Assembly: GCA_041484665.1 (NCBI GenBank)
Contig: JBGPIA010000001.1
Span: 960,001 to 1,024,000, forward strand
Reading direction: 5' to 3'
From: Candidatus Krumholzibacteriia bacterium
GTDB lineage: Bacteria > Krumholzibacteriota > Krumholzibacteriia > JAJRXK01
Length of the DNA: 64,000 nt
Under the pieces are notes generated by a model, which made no database searches, had not been told where the DNA came from, and saw only the letters and a list, made by a program, of their open reading frames with translations. The translations under genes were made by a program, and so were the position numbers. Positions 10,853 to 20,774 of this stretch are shown piece after piece (position 1 is the first letter of the stretch; the number at the start of each line of letters is the position of its first letter).

Positions 10853-10930
10853 GATTGGAGCCGTGGACTCCTTGTCCCGGGAGAATGATGCCTCGGCGCT
10901 CCAGCCCTGGATCCGAGCGGCCGCCTCACG

Positions 10931-10939
10931 ATTGTACAC
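10931..10939 (-). promoter_or_regulatory. Extended -10 element (TGTGTACAAT) upstream of pckG
   Basis: Reverse complement of attgtacaca in an AT-rich patch about 80 nt upstream of the start. Confidence 0.5.
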
Positions 10940-11010
10940 AAAACCAACCTACCCTGGCCCGGGAAGGGGCGCCAAGGGAGAAGCGGCGCCGCGCCGCTGG
11001 TCGTGATGCT

Positions 11011-11673
11011 TCAGGCCGCGTGGCGGCGGAGCGCCTTCAACGCCAAGGCGAAATCGTCGGGCAGCGGCGCCTCGATCCGCAGCGGTGTCCGGTCCACCGG
11101 GTGCTCGAGCTTGAGGCTGGCTGCGTGCAGCGCGAGCCGTCCGATCAGGGGCCGCTCGGGCCGTGGACCCGGCTTGTAACTCCGCTTGAGGTGGGACAGG
11201 TACAGCCCACGCTCGCTCCCGTAGAGCGCCTCCGCAACGATCGGGGCGCCGGCATGGGCGAAGTGCACCCGCACCTGGTGCGTGCGCCCCGTCCGGGGCT
11301 CCGCTTGCACCAGCGCATGTCCGCGGCGCCACCGCTTCAGCGTGGTGTAGGCCGTCTCGCTGGGCCGGCTGCCCGGGTGCCCGGCGGCAGCGACCCGCAT
11401 GCATCCGGGTCGGCGTGCATCCGGCGCGAGAGCGGCCGCGATCACGCCGGTGGCCGCTTTGGGCGCAGCAGCCGTCAGTGCGAGATAGACCTTGCAAACA
11501 GCGCGGGACTGGAACTGCGCCGACAGCCGCCGCAGCGCCTCTTGGGACTTGGCGCACAGCAGCACGCCGCTGGTCTCGAGGTCGATCCGGTGGGCGTTGA
11601 AGTTCGACGCAGAGAGATGGGCGTGCAGGAGGCCCATCAGGCGGATGGGCTCCTTGTCCCAGCGGTCGGGTGC
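11011..11673 (-). pseudogene. RluA-family pseudouridine synthase, 5'-truncated
   Basis: HRIDLETSG, TGRTHQVRVH and LALHA present; motif I (NKPxG) absent and an in-frame TGA lies at 11701-11703. Confidence 0.7.
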
Positions 11674-11755
11674 GCCCGGCGTGCCCAGCCTGGCCGGCGC
11701 TCAGCCGGGGCGCAGGGGTGCCCGCAGCCCGGCGCCCCTGACCGATTGCGCTTCG

Positions 11756-13582
11756 TCAGCGCGTGTAGCGTCGATCCTTGCACCAGGATGTCAGCAATTC
11801 CGTGAGCTGCGCAACGCTCTCCGGCGGATCCGCGATGGGGTCGGTCCCCCCGGAGGGCAGCAGCCGCTCGGAGTACCGCCACTGCGGACGGTTCTGCGTA
11901 TCGATCTCGAAGACGTGCTTGTCCCCGCCCGCGTAGACAGCGGCCTCGCTCGACCCGCCTCTGCGCCGTCCCGTGAAGGAGAGCACCTGCTGCTCCGCGG
12001 GCTCGTTCAGCAGCGAATGCCCGTCGGGAGATAGGCTGCGCACGTCCAGGCCGAACCAGTCCATCACGGTCGCCGGGATGTCCACCGTCTGGCGCAGGCC
12101 GGCCTCGGTGCGCGCAGGACCTCCCGTCCATATCACCAGCGGCACGCGCAGGACGGGCTCGTCGACGTGGTACCCGTACCAGACCTTCCCATCCTCATAG
12201 ATGGAGCCATGGTCCGCAGTGAGGAGCACGTCGACCGATCCCGCCCAGGGGCGTTGGCACAACCGTCCCATGAACTCGCCAAACGCGGCGTCAAAGGCCT
12301 TGATGGTCTTGAGATAGGTGTCGCGCAGCTCGTCGACGCGCCAACTGTCCGCGGCGTCGTAGTGATAGTCCATGGCGTGCATCCGCGCCTCGGCTGCCTT
12401 GCGATCTTCGGGCGTCTTCCCCAAGTCGAGATCGGTCGGTTTGGGCAGCCGGCTAACGCTGTGGGGGAAGAGGTGCAAGAGCAGAAAGAACGGACGCTCC
12501 TCCCGCGAGAGGTTGTCCAGCTCCGCGAGCGCGGTCTTCAACGGTCCCTTGCTCGGGAAGCCCGCATTGAGGAGGGCCAGGATCGGCGCCAGCCTCAGCT
12601 TGTGCCGGCCGGGCACCTTCACGTCGGTCTTCTTGGGCGGGGTGTGCACCAGCACGTGGTAGTCCAACCCCAGCCAGCGCGGCACGAACGTGTAGTACTG
12701 CGAGAGATAGAGCGAGCGCACGCCCCGGTAGCGGAAGCACTTGTTCTCGGGGATCGCGTTGGGATGGCTGACGAGCAGGCGCGTGCGGATCCCGTGCTCT
12801 TGCAGCGTTGCGAGCAGGTTGCGCGCGGGCATGCGGTTCTGGGCCTCTTCACGCCCGGAGTAGATGGCGCTGAACGCCCCCACGGTGTACGGGAAGTTGG
12901 TGTAGGCGTTGGTGAACGACACCGATTCCTTGATGAACCCATCGAGGTTGGGCGTCGTGATTGGGGACTTGGGATTCAGCGCTGAGATGTAGCGCTCCCC
13001 GAGCCCGTCGATGACGACCACCACCAGCCCTCGCTTGCCCGGTGGGAGCGCGAGCGCGGGGCCTTCCGCGGGCCGGGTCCTGGTCGCGGCGCGCGCCAGC
13101 TGCGCCAGCGGCAGAGCGGTGGCGCTGACCAGCAGCGTGACGAGAGCGAGGCGATCGATGCGCGGCAGCCGGGCCGGCGACCGACGCTCCACCAGGTATC
13201 CCACGAGCGCTGCAGCCGGGAACACCGCCAGCAGCAGCTCCTGGCGGTCCGCTTTCACCAGGAAGGGATCGGCCGCGATGGTGACGGCCGCCGCAAAGAG
13301 AACCGTGAACGGCGAGCTCTGGCACAGGCGCGCGGCGAGCTCGGGCCGGCGCAGCACCCGCAACAGCAGCAGCACCACGGCGGCCAGCAGCGCCGAGAGC
13401 CCGGTGAGCAGGAATAGGACGCCCGCAGTAACGCCCAGCAACGACCGGACATCCGTCTGGAGGAGGAATGGATCCAGGCCCAGCAACGTGAAGGCCAGCG
13501 CCAGAATGAACAGGTGGACGCGGGCCAGCAGAAAGACGTACGCGGAAGCGCTGCGCTGCGCGAAGTCGTTGGAAGAAGGCAC
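11756..13582 (-). CDS. Membrane-anchored alkaline-phosphatase/sulfatase-superfamily protein (Thr at the nucleophile position)
   Basis: About 5 N-terminal TM helices; VIDGL, TPNLD, FTNAYTNFPYT, TADHG, LRVPLVI. Confidence 0.8.
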   Translation of the reverse strand: MPSSNDFAQRSASAYVFLLARVHLFILALAFTLLGLDPFLLQTDVRSLLGVTAGVLFLLTGLSALLAAVVLLLLRVLRRPELAARLCQSSPFTVLFAAAVTIAADPFLVKADRQELLLAVFPAAALVGYLVERRSPARLPRIDRLALVTLLVSATALPLAQLARAATRTRPAEGPALALPPGKRGLVVVVIDGLGERYISALNPKSPITTPNLDGFIKESVSFTNAYTNFPYTVGAFSAIYSGREEAQNRMPARNLLATLQEHGIRTRLLVSHPNAIPENKCFRYRGVRSLYLSQYYTFVPRWLGLDYHVLVHTPPKKTDVKVPGRHKLRLAPILALLNAGFPSKGPLKTALAELDNLSREERPFFLLLHLFPHSVSRLPKPTDLDLGKTPEDRKAAEARMHAMDYHYDAADSWRVDELRDTYLKTIKAFDAAFGEFMGRLCQRPWAGSVDVLLTADHGSIYEDGKVWYGYHVDEPVLRVPLVIWTGGPARTEAGLRQTVDIPATVMDWFGLDVRSLSPDGHSLLNEPAEQQVLSFTGRRRGGSSEAAVYAGGDKHVFEIDTQNRPQWRYSERLLPSGGTDPIADPPESVAQLTELLTSWCKDRRYTR

Positions 13583-13646
13583 GTTCCGGGGCAGGCGCCG
13601 GTTCGGGTGATGGACCGCGAGGGGAGCGGAGGACGGGCGTGCGGGG

Positions 13647-13676
13647 ACTGTAGCGCAGCTTTGGCGGGAAGGTCAA
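13647..13676 (-). promoter_or_regulatory. Sigma70-type promoter TTGACC-N18-TACAGT for the sulfatase-fold gene
   Basis: Near-consensus hexamers about 65 nt upstream of the start. Confidence 0.55.
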
Positions 13677-13692
13677 GGGAGCCGCCCGTACA

Positions 13693-13736
13693 ACCGCCCG
13701 GCTCCCTCGGCGCTGGTGGCCGGGGAGCCGGGCGGT
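13693..13736. terminator. Strong hairpin downstream of the lipoprotein gene
   Basis: ACCGCCCGGCTCCC ... GGGAGCCGGGCGGT inverted repeat; weak U-tract. Confidence 0.5.
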
Positions 13737-13811
13737 CGGCTTGAGCGTTCCGCCTCTGATCGGGTCGGTCACGCCTTGCCGGGGCCAACACCTGCACTGG
13801 ATGCGTGGCGC

Positions 13812-14660
13812 TCAGTTCGCCGGCAGCTCGTGCGGCTGGGGGCGCGGTGCGGGCGGCTGCTCGGCGGCCGCGATCGAGTACGTGTCGACCGTCAGCTGGG
13901 CGGCGCGGTCGGGAGGACCCACGGACACCCCGTAGGTTCCGACGCCATCGAGGGTGACGAGGCTGACGCCGCCCAGGAAGCGCGCGACGCCATCGATTCG
14001 CCACTCGATCAAGCCGGTCATGCTGACCGGCTCCGCGCTGGCGCGCAGCTCCACCGCCTGTCCGGCGGGCACGCGGTAGTAGTTTGAGCGCAGCCGCTGC
14101 ACCGAGCCACCGGCAGTGTCGCCACCGGCGAGCCGGGCCGTCTGCTCGACCACCGCAGCGGCCGTCACGCGGATCTCCGCGAGGTCGACCTTCACGGCCT
14201 TCAGGTGGCAGACGTAGGTCTCCAGCGCGCCGTCATGCTCGATGGCTACGCGGACGTCGTGCATCCCTGCGGCCGATGCCGTGAATTGCGCCCGCGAGAA
14301 GTCGCCGTCACGCTCGACCGCCTGCGCGCCGATCCAACGCACGACGGCGCCAGGGTCGGCCAGGGCCTTGAGCTGCACGCCGGCGCCGAGGGGGATGAGC
14401 AGCGTGGTGCCATTCGCCATGCTGTACCAACCGACCGTGAGCTTGTCGATCGGGCCGAGCATCAGGCCCGGCGTGAGAGCCGAACCGGTCTCCGCGGCCA
14501 GGGCCAGCGCGCCGTTGACGCTGGCGTTGGAGGCGTCGGGAACGTCGGTGGTGGGAACGGCGGGGCCCAGCATGCCATCTTCGGAGCAACCCACTGCGAG
14601 CCACGCGATGCCGATCAACCCAAGGAGCAGACCGTGGCGAAGGATTCCTGCGCTTCTCAT
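13812..14660 (-). CDS. Hypothetical lipoprotein
   Basis: GGAGGT SD; MRSAGILRHGLLLGLIGIAWLAVG-C lipobox; beta-rich body. Confidence 0.65.
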   Translation of the reverse strand: MRSAGILRHGLLLGLIGIAWLAVGCSEDGMLGPAVPTTDVPDASNASVNGALALAAETGSALTPGLMLGPIDKLTVGWYSMANGTTLLIPLGAGVQLKALADPGAVVRWIGAQAVERDGDFSRAQFTASAAGMHDVRVAIEHDGALETYVCHLKAVKVDLAEIRVTAAAVVEQTARLAGGDTAGGSVQRLRSNYYRVPAGQAVELRASAEPVSMTGLIEWRIDGVARFLGGVSLVTLDGVGTYGVSVGPPDRAAQLTVDTYSIAAAEQPPAPRPQPHELPAN

Positions 14661-14896
14661 GACCAGACCTCCAGGGATTCCGAGTCGGGTTGGGCGTTTC
14701 CGCGGCCGCCGGCCAGAGCCGGCCGCATCCGGCCGCAGCAGCTGTCCACCCAAGCAGTCGCCACGGAGCGCCGATCCGCTGCAGGCAATCTTGCGCGCCC
14801 TGCGTCAGCGGCAGGGAAGGAGTGAGCGATGCGCGCTTGCGCGGGTGCCGCGCGCTCGGCCGAGCCACCCGCGCGCGGCACAGACGTGGCAGACGG

Positions 14897-15814
14897 TCAG
14901 CCGGAGCCACCCGCCAAAGGCCGCGCCGTGCACCTCGCCAGGAACGCGAGCACGCGTGTGCGGTACTGCTGGGGCGCGAAGGCGTACAGGTCCTCGTGCG
15001 CGGCCCCGGGCACAAGCCAGAGCTCTTTGCGCGGCGCAGCAGCGTCGAAGATGGCCTGCGTGTCTGAGGCCCACGTGCTGCGATCGGCGGTTCCGCTCAT
15101 GACGAGCACGGGGCAGGGCAGCGCCGCGGCGTGGTCGATGGGGCGGAAGGCCGAGACGTCGAAGCCGAGCAGCCGCTGGAGGATCGGCGTGTAGAGCAGG
15201 CCGGCCACGCGACCCGGCAGCCCCACGCGGTGGCGGAACCCGCGGTCGATCCCGTGCTCCATCGTGTCGAATGCGCTCTCGAGCACGACACCGCGCACGC
15301 CGCCCAGCCGCTCGGCGGCCATGAGGATCGTCGAGCCCCCCTGGGACCATCCATCGCACGCGATCGTGTCCACACCCTGTGCGCGCAGCCAGCGCAGCGC
15401 TGCCAGCAGGTCGGCAGCCTCGAAGTACCCGACCGAGCTGCGGCGCCCCTCGCTCTCCCCGCTGGCGCGCGCGTCATAGAGGAGCACCCCGTAGCCAGCC
15501 TCGGCGAAGAGCACGGCACGCGAGAGCATGCTGCGCCGATTGCTGCCGTAGGGATGCAGCAGGATGATCGCCGTGCGCCCATCCAGCGCTGGCGAGTACC
15601 AGCCGCGCAGGCGCAACCCGTCGGTCGTCGAGAACTCCACCGCCTGGACCGGCCGCGGGAACCCGCTGGGCAGAGTGCCCGCCAGGTGCCGAGACGGCTC
15701 GGCCTGGCTGCTGGCAACCTCCCAGGACACCACTGCAAAGATGGCAAGGCCTGCCGCCAGCGCGGTGGCGGCGGCGAGGATGACCCGCCGGCCTGTGGTG
15801 CCTCCCACTGACAT
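14897..15814 (-). CDS. Alpha/beta hydrolase with N-terminal membrane anchor
   Basis: DGLRLRGWY, YDARASGES, GWSQGG, GTAD, VPGAAH. Confidence 0.88.
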   Translation of the reverse strand: MSVGGTTGRRVILAAATALAAGLAIFAVVSWEVASSQAEPSRHLAGTLPSGFPRPVQAVEFSTTDGLRLRGWYSPALDGRTAIILLHPYGSNRRSMLSRAVLFAEAGYGVLLYDARASGESEGRRSSVGYFEAADLLAALRWLRAQGVDTIACDGWSQGGSTILMAAERLGGVRGVVLESAFDTMEHGIDRGFRHRVGLPGRVAGLLYTPILQRLLGFDVSAFRPIDHAAALPCPVLVMSGTADRSTWASDTQAIFDAAAPRKELWLVPGAAHEDLYAFAPQQYRTRVLAFLARCTARPLAGGSG

Positions 15815-15981
15815 ACGCCCCCTACCCGCGCGCACAACCGCTGCGCCTGGCGCCCAGCCGCGCAGTTCGCGCGCCCGAGCGATCGTATGCCCCGGGAGCG
15901 AGTTCGCTCAACGGACGTCTGGCCCCCGCGTTGCGAGCTGTGCGTGCAGATCGCCCGCGATGCCGTAAGATATGCGCGCCC

Positions 15982-16956
15982 ATGCTCCCCCCCAGTCGCC
16001 CTCCGCACCCGGCGCAAGCCGGCACCCCACTGCGCGGCACCGACGCCGCGGCCGAGGGACCCCCGGCCGCATCGAGCGACCGCTCGGGAGTCACCGTTGT
16101 CATCGACGGTGTGCGGCGGGTGTTCGACGGCCAGACCGTGGCCGTCGAGACGCTGAGCCTACGGATTCCCGCGGGCCAGTTCCTCGCGATCCTCGGGCCC
16201 TCGGGCTGCGGGAAGTCGACGCTGCTGCGCCTGATCGCGCGGCTGGACCGCCCCACGTCCGGGGCGGTGCGCGTCGAGGACGCGGCGACCGCGGTGGCCG
16301 AATCGGGCGCAGCGGCGGCCGGCGTGGGCATCGCAGCGGCGATCGGTCCGGGCGCAGCGGCGGCCGGTCCAGAGCGAGCGCGAGGGGGCGCAGGCGGCGG
16401 CCCAAGCAGCAGTCCAGCGCCGAGCAATCCCATCGCCTTCGTCTTCCAGGACGCCCACCTGCTGCCGTGGAGAACGGTACTGCACAACGCGGCGCTGCCG
16501 CTGGAGCTCCTGGGTGTGTCGCGGGCGCAGCGCCTGGCCGTCGCGCGCGAGGAGCTGGTCCAGGTCGGCCTGGGCGACGCGTTGGAGCGCTATCCGGCGC
16601 AGCTCTCCGGCGGAATGCGAATGCGCGTCTCGCTCGCACGGGCGCTGGTGACGCGGCCGCGCCTGCTGCTGCTCGATGAGCCGTTCGCTGCCCTCGACGA
16701 GATCACGCGGCAGCGCCTCGACGAGCAGCTGCGCGGTCTCTACCTCGCGCGCCGCATGACGGTGATCTTCGTCACCCACTCCATCCCCGAGGCCACCTTC
16801 CTGGCCGACCGCGCCGTCGTGCTTTCACGGCGCCCGGCCCGCATCGTGCTCGACGCCGCGATCGAGCTACCGCCGCAGCGGACGGCGCAGCTACGCACCG
16901 ACGCGGGGTTCGCCCGGCAGATGCGGGCACTCTTCGCCGCGCTGCAGGACGCCTAG
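15982..16956 (+). CDS. ABC importer ATPase (SsuB/TauB/NrtD type)
   Basis: GPSGCGKST, FVFQD, LSGGMRMR, LLLDEPF, FVTHS; Ala/Gly-rich insertion before the Q-loop. Confidence 0.92.
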   Translation: MLPPSRPPHPAQAGTPLRGTDAAAEGPPAASSDRSGVTVVIDGVRRVFDGQTVAVETLSLRIPAGQFLAILGPSGCGKSTLLRLIARLDRPTSGAVRVEDAATAVAESGAAAAGVGIAAAIGPGAAAAGPERARGGAGGGPSSSPAPSNPIAFVFQDAHLLPWRTVLHNAALPLELLGVSRAQRLAVAREELVQVGLGDALERYPAQLSGGMRMRVSLARALVTRPRLLLLDEPFAALDEITRQRLDEQLRGLYLARRMTVIFVTHSIPEATFLADRAVVLSRRPARIVLDAAIELPPQRTAQLRTDAGFARQMRALFAALQDA

Positions 16957-16964
16957 GAGGGCAC

Positions 16965-17735
16965 GTGACGCGATTCCGGCTGCTGCGCATCATCGGCCCG
17001 CCGCTGATCCCGCTGCTCGTGCTCACGGCGGGCTCGGAGCTCCTGATCCGCGGCGGGATCATTCCTGGATTCATCCTGCCTGCGCCCAGCGCCGTCGTGG
17101 CCGCCGTCGCCTTGAACACCCGCGAGCTGCTAGCCGCGCTGGGGCGCACCGCGCTGGCGGCGTCCCTCGGTTTCCTGCTGAGCGTGGCCGTCGGACTCTG
17201 CGCGGCGATCGCCCTGTCGACCTCGCGACTGGTCGAGCGGGCGCTCTATCCATACACAGTTTTCTTCCAGACCGTCCCCATCATCGCCATCGCCCCGCTG
17301 CTCGTCATCTGGCTGAACTACGGGCTCAAGGTCGTGGTGGCGTCGTCCTTCATCGTTTCGGTGTTTCCCGTGATCGCCAACGCGCTGGCGGGCATCCGGT
17401 CCACCGATCCCGCCCTGCTCGACCTGTTCCGCCTCTACGGCGCATCGCGCTCCAGTACGCTGCTCAAGTTGCGCATCCCGGCCGCGCTGCCCAGCATCCT
17501 GACCGGCCTGCGCATCGCCGGCGGGCTGGCCGTGATCGGCGCCATCGTCGGTGAGTTCATCACCGGCTACGGGCTCGGCGACGTGATCGAGTCGGCCAAG
17601 ACCCAGCAGCGGGTCGATCTGGTGTTCGCGGCCGTGCTGTTGGCCTCGCTGCTGGGGCTGGCGCTGTTTGGCCTCATTAACCTGCTCAGCTATCTTGCGC
17701 TCCGCCGCTGGCACGCCTGCGAGCAGAACGGCTGA
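16965..17735 (+). CDS. ABC importer permease (SsuC/TauC type)
   Basis: LPAPSAV, QTVPIIAIAPL, KLRIPAALP, GAIVGEF; GGAGG SD. Confidence 0.92.
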   Translation: MTRFRLLRIIGPPLIPLLVLTAGSELLIRGGIIPGFILPAPSAVVAAVALNTRELLAALGRTALAASLGFLLSVAVGLCAAIALSTSRLVERALYPYTVFFQTVPIIAIAPLLVIWLNYGLKVVVASSFIVSVFPVIANALAGIRSTDPALLDLFRLYGASRSSTLLKLRIPAALPSILTGLRIAGGLAVIGAIVGEFITGYGLGDVIESAKTQQRVDLVFAAVLLASLLGLALFGLINLLSYLALRRWHACEQNG

Positions 17736-17835
17736 GCGACGCGGCCGGCGCCACAGGATGCCAGGTGGGTGGGACGCGGGCGCCGGGACGCGCCGCCGCA
17801 GCCCGCCGCGCGCCCGACAGGAAGGAGAACCAACC

Positions 17836-18882
17836 GTGCGATTCCCTGCCGCTTACCCCCGCTGCGTGCTGAGTGCCGTGCTTGGCCTCGCGGCGGCGGT
17901 CGCGCCGATCGCCGCCGCTGCGCGCGCCATCGCCGCGAACACCACGGCACCGACCACCCCCCCACCGGTCATCGAAGCGCCGACGAGCCCGGCGCTGGTC
18001 AAGGTCAGCCTAGCGCTCAACTGGAAGCCGGAGCCGCAGTTTGGCGGCTTCTATGTGGGGGAGTTCACCGGGACCTACTCCAAGCATCACCTGGACGTGA
18101 GAATCCTGCCCGGCGGCAGCGGGACTCCGACGGTGCAGATGGTGGGCGCGGGGACCGTCGAGTTCGGAATCGTCTCTGCCGATGAGCTCCTCATCGCGCG
18201 CGAGCATGGCAACGACGTGGTCGCCCTCTTCGCGACCTTTCAGGATTGCCCCCAGGGCCTGATGGTGCGCACCTCGCGCGGCTTCACCAGCATCGGCGAT
18301 ATCTTCACGCACCCTGGCACTGTCGCGATGCAGAAGGGCTTGCCTTACGCCCGCCTGCTCAAGCGCAAGTATGGCTTCGACCAGGTCAATGTCGTACCGT
18401 CGCCCGGCGGGGACATCACGGCCTTCCGCAACGACCCGGCGTTCGCCCAGCAGGTCTTCCTCACCTCGGAGCCGCTGGTGGCGCAGAAGGCCGGCATCGC
18501 AACCAGGACTTTCCTCGTGAAGGAGATCGGATACAACCCCTACACCACTGTCCTCATCACCCGCCGCGCCTACCTCGAGCAGAATCCCGCCGTGGTGCGG
18601 GACATGGTGGCCGCCGTCCAGGAGGGCTGGCGCGCGTACCTCGACGATCCTTCGGTCACCAACCGGCTCATCCAGCAGCGAAATCCCGCGATGGATCTCG
18701 AGACCTTCGCCGCCAGCGCGGCAGCCCAGAGACCTCTGATCGAGAACGAGGAGACCGCGCGTCTGGGGCTGGGCGCCATGACCGCTCAGCGCTGGACCGC
18801 CCTGGCGCGCCAGCTCGCCGAGCTCCGCGACATCAAGTCGGCGCCGCGGGCGCAGGATTGCTACGTCTGGCCGTCGAAGTAA
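17836..18882 (+). CDS. ABC substrate-binding protein, NMT1/THI5-like
   Basis: Signal peptide; LNWKPEPQFGGFY, LDVRILPGG, SEP, GYNPY; AAGGAG SD. Confidence 0.85.
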   Translation: MRFPAAYPRCVLSAVLGLAAAVAPIAAAARAIAANTTAPTTPPPVIEAPTSPALVKVSLALNWKPEPQFGGFYVGEFTGTYSKHHLDVRILPGGSGTPTVQMVGAGTVEFGIVSADELLIAREHGNDVVALFATFQDCPQGLMVRTSRGFTSIGDIFTHPGTVAMQKGLPYARLLKRKYGFDQVNVVPSPGGDITAFRNDPAFAQQVFLTSEPLVAQKAGIATRTFLVKEIGYNPYTTVLITRRAYLEQNPAVVRDMVAAVQEGWRAYLDDPSVTNRLIQQRNPAMDLETFAASAAAQRPLIENEETARLGLGAMTAQRWTALARQLAELRDIKSAPRAQDCYVWPSK

Positions 18883-18974
18883 CGGGTCGCCGTCGCACCA
18901 GGACTCGTCCGTCGCAATCGCGGGTCACCCGCGCGGCAGCGAGGCCCGGACGAACCACTCTCAAGCGCCCCCGC

Positions 18975-19745
18975 TCAGCTCACGGCCTTGCGCCGGAACT
19001 GGCGCAGCCCCAGCGCGAGGAAAGCCGCGTCGAAGGACACGAGCGCGCCCAGCACGGCCGGCAGGGCCAGGTGTGGGAACTGCGGCACCAGCGCGCTGCG
19101 GAAGCCCTCGCTCGCGTAGACAACCGGATTGATCAGCACGGCGCGCTGCAGGAACGGGAATGTCGAGAGCGAGCTCCACGGATAGTACGTGCACCCGAAG
19201 AAGATCATTGGCGCAAGCACCAGGCTGAACATCAGCCCGATCTGCGTCTGGCCGACGGTGCAGCCCAAGGTCAACCCGATGGCCGAGGCCATGAACGAGA
19301 CCAACAACGCCAGCCCGGCGAGCAGCAGCGGCCGGTGCAGGCTCAAGGCGACCCCATGTCCCATCACCAGCCACGCCAGCGGGATCACCACCAGCCCGGC
19401 CGCGAGCGCCTGGATCATGCCGGCGACGACCTTCTCGACGGCGAGCCACTCGATCTCCATGGGAGCCAGCAGCCGGTCCTCGATCTCACGCGTGAACTGG
19501 AACTCCGCCACCAGCGGCATGGCCACGGCCTGGATTCCCGAGAGTACCATGCTGATGGCCATGATCCCGGGCAAGAGCAGGCTCTTGTACTCCTGCGGCA
19601 TGAGTCCGCTGCCGGTCATCACGCGGCCGAAGATGAACACGAACAGCATGGGCTGCAGCAGCGTCTGCAGCAGGAGCGGAACAAAGTTGCGGCGCGCTAC
19701 GTGGGCGTCGCGGGCGAGCATGGCGAGAAAGGTCCGGCCGTTCAT
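18975..19745 (-). CDS. ABC-2 type exporter permease
   Basis: Six TM segments; LLPGI, EIEDRLLAP, NPVVYASEGFR; ATGA overlap with the ATPase. Confidence 0.9.
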   Translation of the reverse strand: MNGRTFLAMLARDAHVARRNFVPLLLQTLLQPMLFVFIFGRVMTGSGLMPQEYKSLLLPGIMAISMVLSGIQAVAMPLVAEFQFTREIEDRLLAPMEIEWLAVEKVVAGMIQALAAGLVVIPLAWLVMGHGVALSLHRPLLLAGLALLVSFMASAIGLTLGCTVGQTQIGLMFSLVLAPMIFFGCTYYPWSSLSTFPFLQRAVLINPVVYASEGFRSALVPQFPHLALPAVLGALVSFDAAFLALGLRQFRRKAVS

Positions 19746-20767
19746 TCCCGCAGGCTCCTCCCCGTATGGTGCAGGAAGAGGTTCTCCAGGCTCGGCGCCG
19801 ATATGTGGATGTCGGACACGCCCACGCCGTGCTCGACTGCGAGGTTGACGACCTGCGGCACCAGCGCCCCACCACGGTCCGCGTAGATGTCCAGCGCGCC
19901 GTCCGGCGCCGGGCGCACTTCGGTGACCCCTGGGAGGCCTTGCAGCGCCTGCGCGAGCGTCCCCGCGCCATTCTCGAAGTGCAGGCGAATCACGTAGCCT
20001 CCGGGAACGGAGCGCTTCAGCTCCTGAGGCGTCCCCACCGCAATCATCCTTCCATGGTCGATGATCGCCACTCGATCGCAGAGCGCATCGGCCTCCTCCA
20101 TGTTGTGCGTCGTCAGGAGGATCGTCTTTCCCTGCTGGTTGTACTCGCGCACGATCTCCCACAGCAGGAGCCGCGTCTGGGGATCCAGCCCGGCGCTGGG
20201 CTCATCGAGGAACAGGACCTGCGGATCGTGCATCATCGCCCGGGCGATGGACAGCCGCTGCATCATCCCGCCCGAGAACCCGAAGAGGAGCTGGTTGGCC
20301 CGGTCGGAGAGCTTGAAGCGCTCCAGCAACTCGCCGGCGCGCCGGCCGCGCTCGGCCGCGGGGAGCCCGAAGTAAGCCCCGTGGAAGGTGAGCACCTCCC
20401 GAGCCGTCAGGCCGAAGTCGAGGTTCGGGCGTTGCGGCACCACGCCGATGAGCCGCTTGACCTCCACGCGCCGCTTCCAGACGTCGTGGTCGCCGATCCA
20501 GGCCTCGCCGGAGGTCGGGCGCACCCGCGTTGTGAGCACGCCGACGGTCGTAGACTTGCCGGCGCCATTGGGCCCCAGCAGCCCGAAGATCTCTCCGGGG
20601 CGGACCTCCAGCGACAGACCGTCCAGGGCCACCACTTGGTAGTTTTGTCCCTTCGGTTGCCGCCGCGGGCGGGCCATGCTGAATGCCGCTCCGCGCACGT
20701 TGGCGCCGAGGGGGGGCAGAGACGTGTAGACCTTCCGGAGCGCGTTGGTACGGATGCCGACGGGCAT
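19742..20767 (-). CDS. ABC-2 type exporter ATPase (DrrA/NodI-like)
   Basis: GPNGAGKST, FSGGMMQR, FLDEPSAGLDP, TTHNMEEA, PSLENLFL. Confidence 0.93.
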   Translation of the reverse strand: MPVGIRTNALRKVYTSLPPLGANVRGAAFSMARPRRQPKGQNYQVVALDGLSLEVRPGEIFGLLGPNGAGKSTTVGVLTTRVRPTSGEAWIGDHDVWKRRVEVKRLIGVVPQRPNLDFGLTAREVLTFHGAYFGLPAAERGRRAGELLERFKLSDRANQLLFGFSGGMMQRLSIARAMMHDPQVLFLDEPSAGLDPQTRLLLWEIVREYNQQGKTILLTTHNMEEADALCDRVAIIDHGRMIAVGTPQELKRSVPGGYVIRLHFENGAGTLAQALQGLPGVTEVRPAPDGALDIYADRGGALVPQVVNLAVEHGVGVSDIHISAPSLENLFLHHTGRSLRE

Positions 20768-20774
20768 CAGGGCC

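Noticed and set aside
14783..14802. Sigma54-like GG...TTGC element upstream of the lipoprotein gene
   Set aside because: GG-to-GC spacing is 11 rather than the required 10
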